From Acidothermus cellulolyticus 11B (GTDB lineage: Bacteria; Actinomycetota; Actinomycetes; Acidothermales; Acidothermaceae), in assembly GCF_000015025.1 (NCBI RefSeq), contig NC_008578.1:330001-362000 (forward strand): 32,000 bases of DNA. The letters are read 5' to 3'. Within the stretch, counting starts at the first letter, position 1; each line of letters opens with the position of its first letter. The position numbers and the translations under genes were made by a program. Positions 19,269 to 28,071 of this stretch are shown in pieces. A model generated the notes under the pieces. It was not told the DNA's origin. It did no database searches and saw nothing but the letters and a program-made list of their open reading frames with translations.

Positions 19269-19314
19269 CGTCGGTACGCGTGGCCGGACGGCGTCGGTAC
19301 GCGTGGCCGGACGG
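19269..19314. repeat. perfect 23-bp tandem duplication at the predicted ABC transcription start
   Basis: cgtcggtacgcgtggccggacgg occurs at 19269-19291 and is repeated exactly at 19292-19314. Confidence 0.9.
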
Positions 19315-19325
19315 CGCCGCGATGG

Positions 19326-19408
19326 GATTCGCGAGCCAACCGGCGCACGGACGCGCCAATGGCGGCCCACAGCCCCGGCCACAGGAACGATCCGCGAGCC
19401 AACCGGCG
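19326..19408. repeat. 20-nt direct repeat pair in the ABC leader (one mismatch, 63 nt apart)
   Basis: gattcgcgagccaaccggcg (19326-19345) versus gatccgcgagccaaccggcg (19389-19408). The similarity continues loosely (cacggacgc versus gcagggacgc). Confidence 0.85.
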
Positions 19409-19435
19409 GCAGGGACGCAACGGGAAAGGGGAGAG

Positions 19436-20491
19436 ATGGACGGCGACGAGCTGGCGATCCTCGTCGAGGGTGTGCGGAAGTCGTTCGGCACCGTGCAGGC
19501 GCTGCGAGGCGTCGACCTCGCAGTCCCCCGCGGGCGGGTGCTCGGATTGCTGGGACCAAACGGCGCCGGAAAGACCACCCTCGTCCGCATTCTCACGACG
19601 TTGCTTGCGCCGGATGGCGGCCGTGCGCTGGTCGAGGGTTATGACGTCGTCACGCAGGCCGGCGCCGTGCGGGAACGGATCGGGCTTGCGGGGCAGGCAA
19701 CCGCGATCCAGGCCGAGCTGACCGGCCGGGAGAACCTAGAGATCATCGGACGGCTCTATCACCTGCCGAGAGCCATGGCCCGTGATCGGGCAGCCGAACT
19801 TCTCGCCGCCTTCGGCTTGGAGGAGGCAGCGGACCGCCCGGCAAAGACCTACTCGGGCGGCATGCTCCGCCGCCTCGATCTCGCCGCCAGCCTCATCGGA
19901 TCACCGAGCGTGCTCTTCCTCGACGAGCCGACCACCGGCCTTGACCCGCGGAGCCGGATCGCCATGTGGCAGATCATCCGGCGGCTCGTCGCAACGGGCA
20001 CCACCCTTTTCCTGACGACCCAGTACCTCGAAGAGGCCGACGAGTTGGCCGACGAGATAGTGGTCATTGATCACGGGCGGGTCATTGCGGCCGGGACGGC
20101 GGCAGAGCTGAAAGACCGGGTCGGTGGGGACGTCTTGGAATTCATCGTCCCCGATGTGGAGCATTTGGACGCCGCGGTAGCGGCGGTCGCCGGGTTGTCG
20201 GATTCGCCGCCGCACGTCGACCGGGAGACCCAGCAGATTTCTCTCGCCGTAGGCTCTCGGGGCTCGGCAGCGCTGGTGGAGGCGGTCCGGGCCTTGGACA
20301 GCGCCGGCGTTCCGATTGAAGGTCTGGTCATGCGGCGGCCGTCCCTCGACGACGTCTTTCTGGCTGTCACCGGTCATGCCGCGGTGAGCGAGTCGCCGCC
20401 GGACCGCAGGCGCCGCAGTCGGGGACGCGGCCGCGGCGGGTCGGAACCGGAACGTGACGAAGTCGTGAGCGAGCAGGGAGGACAACGATGA
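19436..20491 (+). CDS. ABC transporter ATP-binding protein, DrrA/ABC-2 subfamily-like
   Basis: Within ORF 19136..20491, ATG 19436 follows GGGAAAGGGGAGAG. Walker A GPNGAGKTT, signature YSGGMLRRL, Walker B VLFLDEPTTGLD. There is a C-terminal accessory domain and an Arg-rich tail (351 aa). Confidence 0.88.
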   Translation: MDGDELAILVEGVRKSFGTVQALRGVDLAVPRGRVLGLLGPNGAGKTTLVRILTTLLAPDGGRALVEGYDVVTQAGAVRERIGLAGQATAIQAELTGRENLEIIGRLYHLPRAMARDRAAELLAAFGLEEAADRPAKTYSGGMLRRLDLAASLIGSPSVLFLDEPTTGLDPRSRIAMWQIIRRLVATGTTLFLTTQYLEEADELADEIVVIDHGRVIAAGTAAELKDRVGGDVLEFIVPDVEHLDAAVAAVAGLSDSPPHVDRETQQISLAVGSRGSAALVEAVRALDSAGVPIEGLVMRRPSLDDVFLAVTGHAAVSESPPDRRRRSRGRGRGGSEPERDEVVSEQGGQR

Positions 20492-21309
20492 GCGCGGTCT
20501 CGACGGTCGGCGCCCACAGTCTGCGGCGGCGCATCTCGTGGGCTGTAGCGGATGCCGCGACCTTGACGCGCCGCAATCTCCTCGTGTGGTGGCGCGTGCC
20601 GGCGTTCCTGGTTTTCACCGTCGTCCAGCCGGTGATGTTCACCCTTCTTTTCCGCTACGTTTTTGGCGGCGCGATCAGCACCGGCGGGCGGGGAAGCTAC
20701 GTCGATTACCTGATGCCCGGCATCATCGGCCAAACCGCTGCCTTCGCCTCGATCGGGACGGCGATTGCCTTGGGCAACGAGGCAGGGAAGGGCATCATCG
20801 ACCGGTTCCGCTCGATGCCGATGGCTCGGTCGGCGGTGCTCGCCGGTCGGCTCGCCGCAGACACCCTCCGGATGCTCTTCACGATCCTCGTCATCCTCGG
20901 CGTGGGATATCTGGTCGGTTTCCGGTTTCACAACGGCGTCGCCGGGGCGATCGGCATGGTTCTGCTGGCGGGATTTTTCGGCCTGACCATCTGCGCCGTC
21001 TCGGCATACATCGGGCTTGCCATCAAGGACGAGGAGTCCATCCAGGCCTTCGGTCTGATCTGGCTCTTCCCGCTGACCTTCGTCAGCTCGGCCTTTGTTC
21101 CGATCAATTCGATGCCTGGGTGGCTGCAAGCCTTCGCCAACAATCAGCCCGTCACGATCGTCATCAACACCCTCCGGTACCTTGCCCTCGGCCCGACGCC
21201 AGGGGCGAGCGCGTTGCAACCGCATCTGTGGCAGAGCCTCGCCTGGCTGGTCGGGATTCTCGCCGTCTTCGGTCCGCTGGCGGTTCGCGCGTACCGGCGG
21301 TTGAGCTGA
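20488..21309 (+). CDS. ABC-2 type transporter permease (DrrB-like)
   Basis: ATGA overlap with the ATPase gene. 273 aa with about six hydrophobic segments, and the N-terminal TLTRRNLLVWWRVPAFLVFTVVQPVMFTLLF typical of ABC-2 permeases. Confidence 0.85.
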   Translation: MSAVSTVGAHSLRRRISWAVADAATLTRRNLLVWWRVPAFLVFTVVQPVMFTLLFRYVFGGAISTGGRGSYVDYLMPGIIGQTAAFASIGTAIALGNEAGKGIIDRFRSMPMARSAVLAGRLAADTLRMLFTILVILGVGYLVGFRFHNGVAGAIGMVLLAGFFGLTICAVSAYIGLAIKDEESIQAFGLIWLFPLTFVSSAFVPINSMPGWLQAFANNQPVTIVINTLRYLALGPTPGASALQPHLWQSLAWLVGILAVFGPLAVRAYRRLS

Positions 21310-21369
21310 CCGGCACGCAAGCTCGGCAAGGCGTTCGCGGCCGCTCATCTCGTTGGGGTGGGCCCGGCT

Positions 21370-21398
21370 TTGACCGCGGCGGTGCCGCCCGGTAGGCT
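21370..21398 (+). promoter_or_regulatory. candidate promoter for rplM-rpsI(-glmM)
   Basis: -35 TTGACC (21370-21375), a 17-nt spacer, and -10 TAGGCT (21393-21398), about 78 nt upstream of the rplM GTG. Confidence 0.45.
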
Positions 21399-21475
21399 AC
21401 GTGGTCGTTGCCTGCTGTGGCGCCCGCCGCCGGCAGCGGGCGTCTGTATGTCTCCGGGACAGAGAAGGCGAGTCC

Positions 21476-21919
21476 GTGCGCACGTTCACTCCGCGACCAG
21501 GTGAGATCACCCGGCGTTGGCACGTCATCGACGCCGACGGCGTCGTGCTGGGCCGCTTGGCTGCCCAGGTCGCCCGCCTGCTTCGCGGCAAGCACAAGCC
21601 GATTTTTGCTCCGCACGTGGATACCGGCGATTTTGTCATCGTCGTCAACGCGGACAAAGTCGTGCTCACCGGGCGCAAACTGGACCAGAAAATTGCTTAC
21701 CGGCACTCGGGTTATCCCGGCGGCCTTAAGGCGACGCCGTACCGCAAGCTCCTCGCCGAGCACCCTGAGCGGGTCATCGAGAAGGCGGTGCGGGGCATGC
21801 TGCCGCACAACAGCTTGGGCCGGCGCATGGCCAAGAAGCTCAAGGTCTATGCCGGACCGGAGCATCCGCATCGCGCGCAGCAGCCCACACCTTTCGAGAT
21901 CACCCAAGTCCGGCAGTAG
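21476..21919 (+). CDS. rplM: 50S ribosomal protein uL13
   Basis: Within ORF 21401..21919, GTG 21476 follows [63 protein letters not shown] (147 aa). Confidence 0.93.
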   Translation: MRTFTPRPGEITRRWHVIDADGVVLGRLAAQVARLLRGKHKPIFAPHVDTGDFVIVVNADKVVLTGRKLDQKIAYRHSGYPGGLKATPYRKLLAEHPERVIEKAVRGMLPHNSLGRRMAKKLKVYAGPEHPHRAQQPTPFEITQVRQ

Positions 21920-21942
21920 TCGGTTGACGACGAAGGAACCCA

Positions 21943-22455
21943 GTGGCAAAGAGTCCCATGGCCGACGCAGACATTGCTGAAGTCGACGATCTCCTCGAGG
22001 ACGCCGAGGAGGAAGCACCGTCGTCGTACACCACCCAGACGACTCCGGCTGCCAAGCGCCGGACGGCGATCGGCACCGGCGCCGCGACCGGCCGCCGCAA
22101 GGAGGCGGTCGCCCGGGTTCGTCTCGTCCCCGGAACCGGACAGTGGAAGATCAACGGCCGGGAGTTGACAGACTACTTCCCGAGTCGGGTCCACCAGCAG
22201 CTGGTCAAGAGCCCGCTCGCCCTGCTCGACGCGGTCACCCAGTTCGACGTGATCGCCCGGGTGCACGGCGGCGGCATCAGCGGTCAGGCGGGTGCGCTGC
22301 GCCTGGGTATCGCCCGCGCCCTTGTCGTCATCGACCCGGAGAACCGGCCCGTGTTGAAGAAGGCCGGATTCCTCACTCGGGATGCACGGGTGGTCGAACG
22401 TAAGAAGTACGGCCTGAAGAAGGCCCGCAAGGCGCCGCAGTACTCCAAGCGGTAG
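21943..22455 (+). CDS. rpsI: 30S ribosomal protein uS9 with an acidic N-terminal extension
   Basis: GTG 21943 follows GAAGGAAC (alternative ATG 21958). [23 protein letters not shown]...[19 protein letters not shown]...[19 protein letters not shown] (170 aa). Confidence 0.93.
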   Translation: MAKSPMADADIAEVDDLLEDAEEEAPSSYTTQTTPAAKRRTAIGTGAATGRRKEAVARVRLVPGTGQWKINGRELTDYFPSRVHQQLVKSPLALLDAVTQFDVIARVHGGGISGQAGALRLGIARALVVIDPENRPVLKKAGFLTRDARVVERKKYGLKKARKAPQYSKR

Positions 22456-22460
22456 CGAGC

Positions 22461-23846
22461 GTGGCCGTTTCCGGCACCGCAGCGGGAACCGGGCTGGCGT
22501 CCACCCCCCGGCTCTTCGGTACCGACGGGGTTCGCGGCATCGCGAACCGCGATCTCACGGCTGAACTCGCCCTCGATCTGGCGGTGGCCGCTGCGCACGT
22601 CCTCGCCCAGGCCGGGGCGTTCGAAGGCCACCGGCCGCTTGCGGTCGTCGGGCGTGATCCACGTGCCTCCGGGGAGTTCCTGGAGGCCGCCGTCGTCGCC
22701 GGCTTGGCGAGCGCCGGCGTCGACGTCCTCCGCCTCGGCGTTCTGCCGACCCCAGCCGTTGCGTACCTCACCGCCGCGCTCGACGCCGACCTCGGCGTCG
22801 TGCTGTCGGCGAGTCACAACCCGATGCCGGACAACGGCATCAAATTTCTCGCCCGAGGGGGGCACAAGCTCCCCGACGACATCGAGGACGCCGTCGCCGC
22901 GCGGCTCGGCGAACCATGGACACGGCCCGTCGGGCGCTTCGTCGGCCGGGTCCGGGATTACCCGGAAGGCTTGGACCAGTACGTCGAGCATGTGCTCGCA
23001 ACCAGCGACCAGCGGCTCGATGGGCTGCGGGTCGTCGTCGATTGCGCGCACGGCGCGGCGTCGGTGGTGTCACCGGCGGTGTTGCGGCGTGCCGGGGCGA
23101 CCGTCGTCCCCATTGGGTGCGAACCCGACGGTTACAACATCAACGACGGTCACGGGTCCACGAACATCGAGACCCTGCAGGCGGCCGTTCGCCGCGAGGG
23201 TGCGGACGCGGGGATTGCGCACGACGGGGATGCGGATCGGTGCCTGGCGGTCGACGCGGCCGGGGACGTGGTCGACGGCGACCAGATTCTTGCGATTCTC
23301 GCCCTTGCCTGGCAGGAGGCCGGCCGACTGGCGCACGACACTGTCGTGGCTACCGTGATGTCGAATCTCGGCTTGAAGCTGGGCCTTGCCGCGCACGGCA
23401 TCTCGGTGGTGGAAACGGCGGTCGGTGACCGCTACGTGCTCGAGGCCATGCGGGCGGGGGGATACGTGCTCGGCGGCGAGCAGAGCGGACACATCATCAT
23501 GCTCGATTACGCGACGACCGGCGACGGCGTCCTCACGGGTTTGCAGCTCCTTGGCCGGATGGCGGCGACGGGCCGGCCGCTGGCGGACCTTGCCCGGGTG
23601 GTCCGCCGGTTGCCGCAGGTCCTGCGTAATGTCACCGGGGTGGACAAGACGCGGGTCGACACCGATCCAGTGATCAATAAGGAGCTTGCCGCCGCCAGGG
23701 GCGAGTTGGGGGACGGCGGCCGGGTGCTGTTGCGGGCGAGCGGCACCGAACCGGTGGTTCGCGTCATGGTCGAGGCCGAGACTGAAGCCGACGCTGAGCG
23801 GGTCGCGGAGCGGCTTGCCCGGGTCGTACGAGAGCGGCTTGGCTGA
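22461..23846 (+). CDS. glmM: phosphoglucosamine mutase
   Basis: [13 protein letters not shown] and the phosphoserine loop [14 protein letters not shown] (461 aa from GTG 22461). The start is uncertain by about 15 codons, with no alternative ATG or GTG seen. Confidence 0.92.
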   Translation: MAVSGTAAGTGLASTPRLFGTDGVRGIANRDLTAELALDLAVAAAHVLAQAGAFEGHRPLAVVGRDPRASGEFLEAAVVAGLASAGVDVLRLGVLPTPAVAYLTAALDADLGVVLSASHNPMPDNGIKFLARGGHKLPDDIEDAVAARLGEPWTRPVGRFVGRVRDYPEGLDQYVEHVLATSDQRLDGLRVVVDCAHGAASVVSPAVLRRAGATVVPIGCEPDGYNINDGHGSTNIETLQAAVRREGADAGIAHDGDADRCLAVDAAGDVVDGDQILAILALAWQEAGRLAHDTVVATVMSNLGLKLGLAAHGISVVETAVGDRYVLEAMRAGGYVLGGEQSGHIIMLDYATTGDGVLTGLQLLGRMAATGRPLADLARVVRRLPQVLRNVTGVDKTRVDTDPVINKELAAARGELGDGGRVLLRASGTEPVVRVMVEAETEADAERVAERLARVVRERLG

Positions 23847-23971
23847 TCGACGATCGATAGGGCACGACGGCTAGGCTCGCGTTGGCGGTACGGCGGTCGG
23901 CTCGCCGCGTTGGCGACGGAACCCGAGGCCGGTGCCGCAACGGCGGACGTCCCGGAGGGGAGGCGGGTCAG

Positions 23972-25918
23972 GTGTGCGGCATTGTCGCGTATGTCGGGCA
24001 TCGGCCGGCCCGGGACGCCGTGCTCGCCGGTCTGCGGCGACTGGAGTACCGCGGTTACGACTCAGCCGGGATCGCGGTCCTCAACGGGGCGCGGGTCGAC
24101 GTCCGGCGGAAGGCCGGGGCGTTGGGCAACCTCGAGGCGGTGCTCCGCGACGAGCCGCTGCCTGGTTCCACGACCGGGATCGGCCATACCCGCTGGGCGA
24201 CCCACGGAGCACCGACCGATGGGAACGCCCACCCGCACATTGACTGCACCGGGACGCTTGCCGTCGTCCACAACGGAGTGATTGAGAATCACGCCGCGCT
24301 GCACGCCGAACTCGCTGACGCTGGGCATGTCTTCCGGTCGCAGACGGACACCGAGGTGATCGCTCATCTGCTGGAAGCTGAACTCGATGTCCGCGCGGGC
24401 GTGCCGGAGAGCCCGGCGGTCGCCGGCGGCCAGCCGCCGGACGGTGGCCCGGCGCCGTCCGGGCGGCAGGAGGGCGGCGGTGGGCGCGATCCAGCGGAAT
24501 TCGCCGCCGCCCTGCGGAGGGTCTGCCGCCGGCTCTCCGGGTCGTTCAGCATCGTCGCGATTCATCGGGATTTCCCCGGCGTTGTCGTGGGCGCCCGCCG
24601 CAATTCCCCACTCGTCGTAGGACGTGGGGAGAACGAAGCTTTTCTCGCCAGCGATGTCGCCGCCTTCATCGCCGCCACCCGGCAGGCGGTGGAAATCGGC
24701 CAGGACTGCGTGGTGCTCCTGACCTCCGACCGCCTGGACGTCACCGATTTCGAGGGAAATCCCACCCAGGGGCGGGCATACCACGTCGATTGGGACGCCT
24801 CAGCCGCGGAAAAAGGCGGCTACGACTACTTCATGCTGAAAGAAATCGCGGAACAGCCGGACGCCGTTGCCGCGACACTCCTTGGCCGGCTGGGCCGGGA
24901 CGGCACACTGACCCTCGACGAAACCCGGCTTGATTCCCGGGTTTTTGCCGAAATCGACAAAATCGTCGTCGTGGCGTGCGGATCGGCGTACCATGCCGGT
25001 CTCATCGCAAAATACGCCATCGAGCATTGGGCCGGTCTGCCGTGCGAGGTTGAACTCGCGTCCGAATTCCGGTATCGCGACCCGATTCTCGACCGGCAGT
25101 CCCTCGTCATCGCGATTTCGCAATCCGGGGAGACCCTTGACACGTTGATGGCGGTTCAGCACGCCCGGGAGATGGGCGCGCGTGTTCTCGCGATTTGCAA
25201 CACACTCGGCGCCACCATTCCGCGGGAATCGGACGCCGTTCTGTACACCCGTGCCGGCCCAGAAATCGGGGTCGCCGCAACGAAGACGTTCCTGACGCAA
25301 TTGGTGGCCGTTTTCCTCGTCGCGTTGTACCTGGCCCAGTCCCGCGGCACGAAGTACGGCGACGAAGTGGCTGCGGTAGTCCGGGAATTGGCTCTGATGC
25401 CCGGCAAGGTGGCCGCGGTTCTGGACACGATGGATCCCGTCCGGGCCATCGCCCGTGAGCTGGCCGATGCGTCCACCGTTCTCTTCCTCGGCCGGCACGT
25501 CGGATATCCCGTCGCGCTGGAAGGGGCCCTCAAACTGAAGGAACTGGCGTACATGCACGCCGAGGGTTTCGCCGCCGGGGAGTTGAAGCACGGGCCGATT
25601 GCCCTCATTGAGAAGGGTTTGCCGGTGGTCGTGGTGATGCCCCCGTACGTCGGGCGCTCCGTGCTGCATGACAAGTTGCTGGCCAACCTGCAAGAAATCC
25701 GGGCCCGGGGCGCCTTCACCATTGTGGTCGCCGAAGAGGGCGACGAAGCCGTCGTCCCGTACGCCGACCGGTTGGTGCCGATTCCCGCTGTGCCGACCCT
25801 GCTGCAGCCGCTCGTCGCCATCGTTCCGCTACAGGTCTTCGCGTGTGAGCTTGCTGTTGCGCGGGGCAACGATGTGGACCGGCCGCGGAACCTGGCTAAG
25901 TCGGTCACGGTGGAGTGA
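23972..25918 (+). CDS. glmS: glutamine--fructose-6-phosphate aminotransferase (isomerizing)
   Basis: Within ORF 23882..25918, GTG 23972 follows GGAGGGGAGG and is followed by the Ntn nucleophile Cys: (M)CGIVAYVG. Two SIS domains are present, and the C-terminus is DRPRNLAKSVTVE (648 aa). Confidence 0.94.
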   Translation: MCGIVAYVGHRPARDAVLAGLRRLEYRGYDSAGIAVLNGARVDVRRKAGALGNLEAVLRDEPLPGSTTGIGHTRWATHGAPTDGNAHPHIDCTGTLAVVHNGVIENHAALHAELADAGHVFRSQTDTEVIAHLLEAELDVRAGVPESPAVAGGQPPDGGPAPSGRQEGGGGRDPAEFAAALRRVCRRLSGSFSIVAIHRDFPGVVVGARRNSPLVVGRGENEAFLASDVAAFIAATRQAVEIGQDCVVLLTSDRLDVTDFEGNPTQGRAYHVDWDASAAEKGGYDYFMLKEIAEQPDAVAATLLGRLGRDGTLTLDETRLDSRVFAEIDKIVVVACGSAYHAGLIAKYAIEHWAGLPCEVELASEFRYRDPILDRQSLVIAISQSGETLDTLMAVQHAREMGARVLAICNTLGATIPRESDAVLYTRAGPEIGVAATKTFLTQLVAVFLVALYLAQSRGTKYGDEVAAVVRELALMPGKVAAVLDTMDPVRAIARELADASTVLFLGRHVGYPVALEGALKLKELAYMHAEGFAAGELKHGPIALIEKGLPVVVVMPPYVGRSVLHDKLLANLQEIRARGAFTIVVAEEGDEAVVPYADRLVPIPAVPTLLQPLVAIVPLQVFACELAVARGNDVDRPRNLAKSVTVE

Positions 25919-26078
25919 CCGGCCGCGGCGGCGTCCGGGACGACCCCGTCGGTGCGGTGCCTGGCGCGCGGTGGCTGACGCGCACTGCCCGGCCTGCCGT
26001 GCGCTGTGCCTGGGGCGCCCGGAGTGTTTGCCGTGTGGCGGCAGTCTGAGCAGGTGATCGGACGCTGAGGAGGAGAGC

Positions 26079-27566
26079 ATGCGTCACGCGCACCCCGTCG
26101 CGGTGGTCCGGGCGGCTGAGGCGGCCGTGATGGCCCGGCTGCCGGCGGGAACGTTGATGCAGCGTGCGGCGGCGGCGCTCGCCGCTGTCGCAGGCCGACT
26201 GCTCCGGCGGCGCGTCGGCCGGGTGTACGGCGCGCGGGTAGGGATTCTCGTCGGTTCCGGTGACAACGGCGGTGATGCACTCTTTGCGGGCGCCCGGCTC
26301 GCGCGAGCCGGAGCACGGGTTGTTGCCGTCCCACTCGGCGCTCGGGTGCATGCGGGCGGTCGCGACGCGCTGACCGACGCCGGCGGTTCGTTTGGTTCGG
26401 CGGCGGACCTCGCCGACGTCGATCTAGTCCTCGACGGGATCGTCGGCATTGGCGGGCGTCCTGGGCTTCGTCCCGAAGCGGTCGCCGCCCTGCGCCGAGT
26501 GCCGGCGGACGCCACGGTCGTCGCGGTGGACGTGCCGAGCGGCGTCGATCCGGACACCGGCGAGGTGTGCGGGACGGCGGTCCGGGCCGACGTCACGGTG
26601 ACCTTTGGTGCCTTCAAGCCCGGGTTGCTGATCGACCCCGGGGCGGAACATGCCGGGCGGATCGAATACGTCGACATCGGGCTTGGCCCCTTCCTGCCGA
26701 CTCCGTGGCTCACCGTTCTCGACGATGAGGATCTGCCCGCACGGCTGCCGCGGTTGGCGCGGACCGCCGACAAGTACCAGCGCGGCGTCCTCGGTGTCGT
26801 CGCCGGCAGCCCGCGCTATACCGGTGCAGCAGTCCTCACGGTCGGAGGCGCACTGCGTACCGGAATCGGGATGGTCCGGTTCGTCGGAGCCGCCGAACCG
26901 GCGGATCGGGTGCGCGCCCGCTGGCCCGAAGCGGTGGTGACCGTGCTGCCCGATGACGCGAGGGACGTCGCGGCGGCTGGGCGGGTGCAAGCCTGGGTGG
27001 TGGGTCCGGGTCTTGAGCCGGACGACGTCGGGCACGCGCTTGTCGCACAGGTGTTGGCCATGCCGGTGCCGGTGGTGGTCGACGCCGGCGGCTTGGCGGT
27101 GCTGGCGGCCGACCGGTCGCTGCTGGACGGCCGGCGGGCGCCGACGGTTCTGACCCCGCATGCCGGGGAGTTGGCTCGGCTGTTGCGGATGCCGCCCGGC
27201 GGGCGCCGGGACATCGAGGAGCACCGGCTCGCCTTCGCCCGGCGCGCCGCTGACGAGTTTGGCGCGACCGTCCTGCTGAAGGGGACGACCACCTGCGTGG
27301 CCTCGCCGAGCGGCCTGGTCCGGGTCAATCCAACGGGTACGCCGGTGCTGGCGACTGCGGGGAGCGGCGACGTTCTCTCCGGAGTGATCGGGGCCCTGCT
27401 CGCGGGTGGTCTCTCCGCGTTTGATGCGGCCAGCGTGGGGGCGTACCTCCACGGCTTGGCGGCGCAGTTGGTGAGCGGGCCCGCCGGGCGGCCCATATCG
27501 GCGACTGACCTGTGGGCCGCGTTGCCCGACGCTATTCCGGGTCGCCCGGATTCCCGGGAATGGTGA
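26079..27566 (+). CDS. nnr: bifunctional NAD(P)H-hydrate epimerase / ADP-dependent dehydratase (YjeF family)
   Basis: ATG 26079 follows GAGGAGGAGAGC. YjeF_N motif LVGSGDNGGDALFAGARLA. The C-terminal kinase-like domain has LTPHAGELARLL and ATAGSGDVLSGVIGALLAGG (495 aa). Confidence 0.88.
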   Translation: MRHAHPVAVVRAAEAAVMARLPAGTLMQRAAAALAAVAGRLLRRRVGRVYGARVGILVGSGDNGGDALFAGARLARAGARVVAVPLGARVHAGGRDALTDAGGSFGSAADLADVDLVLDGIVGIGGRPGLRPEAVAALRRVPADATVVAVDVPSGVDPDTGEVCGTAVRADVTVTFGAFKPGLLIDPGAEHAGRIEYVDIGLGPFLPTPWLTVLDDEDLPARLPRLARTADKYQRGVLGVVAGSPRYTGAAVLTVGGALRTGIGMVRFVGAAEPADRVRARWPEAVVTVLPDDARDVAAAGRVQAWVVGPGLEPDDVGHALVAQVLAMPVPVVVDAGGLAVLAADRSLLDGRRAPTVLTPHAGELARLLRMPPGGRRDIEEHRLAFARRAADEFGATVLLKGTTTCVASPSGLVRVNPTGTPVLATAGSGDVLSGVIGALLAGGLSAFDAASVGAYLHGLAAQLVSGPAGRPISATDLWAALPDAIPGRPDSREW

Positions 27567-28047
27567 GTTCACCCGGCCGGTGCCGCTCGATGATCGACCG
27601 AAGCATGTGCCAGAGATGCTCGGGGTCGTCGACGGCGTCGGCGACCAGTCGGGCGATCGGATCTCCGCTGTTGGCGGCCCGGTAGATGTCTTTGCCGCGC
27701 GCGGTCATTGCGATCCGGCGGCGGCGTCGGTCGTGTGGGTCTGGCTCCTTGGTGACGTAGCCGGCGCGGACCAGCTTGGCGACGATCCGGCTCATGGTCT
27801 GTTCTTCCACCGAGCAGCGCGCGGCGAGTTCCCGCTGACTGAGGGGTCCGTCGCGGAGGGCATGCAGGGCGAGGAGGCCGGCGTGAGTGAGTTGGAGTTC
27901 CTGGAGCCAGCTGTTCCACTCATGCTCGACGATTCGGGCAGCCATCGAGAGGAGCCGGCCAAGGTTCCACTCGCCGGTGAGATAGCTCGGCGCTCGTGTT
28001 GTCCGCGGGGCGGGAACGGCGCGCGCCCGTTGTCTGGTGCCTCTCAC
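27532..28047 (-). CDS. MarR family transcriptional regulator
   Basis: NLGRLLSMAARIVEHEWNSWLQELQLTHAGLLALHALRDGPLSQRELAARCSVEEQTMSRIVAKLVRAGYVTKEPDPHDRRRRRIAMTARGKD is a classic MarR wHTH. I prefer the GTG 28047 start, because helix 1 begins upstream of the internal ATG at 27945. The 3' end overlaps nnr by 35 nt. Confidence 0.82.
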   Translation of the reverse strand: MRGTRQRARAVPAPRTTRAPSYLTGEWNLGRLLSMAARIVEHEWNSWLQELQLTHAGLLALHALRDGPLSQRELAARCSVEEQTMSRIVAKLVRAGYVTKEPDPHDRRRRRIAMTARGKDIYRAANSGDPIARLVADAVDDPEHLWHMLRSIIERHRPGELTIPGNPGDPE

Positions 28048-28071
28048 CGTTCGTAGCGTACGGCGCGGATC

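Noticed and set aside
19136-19435. In-frame upstream extension of the ABC ATPase ORF (alternative ATG at 19322)
   Set aside because: A strong SD (GGGAAAGGGGAGAG) lies immediately before ATG 19436. DrrA-like ATPases normally start about 10 aa before the first beta-strand (AILVEGVRKSFG). The extension would be translated from the promoter and repeat region. I kept it as a caveat in the leader finding.
17864-21309. The accessory insert as a mobile element or genomic island
   Set aside because: There is no integrase, transposase or recombinase, no tRNA or tmRNA attachment site, no flanking direct or inverted repeats, and by eye no compositional break. I treat it as a variable chromosomal slot rather than a mobile element.
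20374-22018. Minus-strand ORFs 20374..21348 (324 aa) and 21164..22018 (284 aa)
   Set aside because: They are antisense to the ABC-2 permease and rplM, both of which have clear family features. The antisense products are R/P/D-rich.
23847-23971. Possible glmS ribozyme upstream of glmS
   Set aside because: The spacer is only 125 nt, and I could not recognise the conserved glmS ribozyme core or pseudoknot pattern. As I recall this ribozyme is mainly found in Firmicutes and relatives and is not typical of Actinomycetota. A covariance-model scan (Rfam glmS) would settle it.
25156-27572. Minus-strand ORFs 25156..26334 (392 aa) and 26424..27572 (382 aa)
   Set aside because: They are antisense to glmS and nnr and have Arg/Pro/Ala low-complexity translations.
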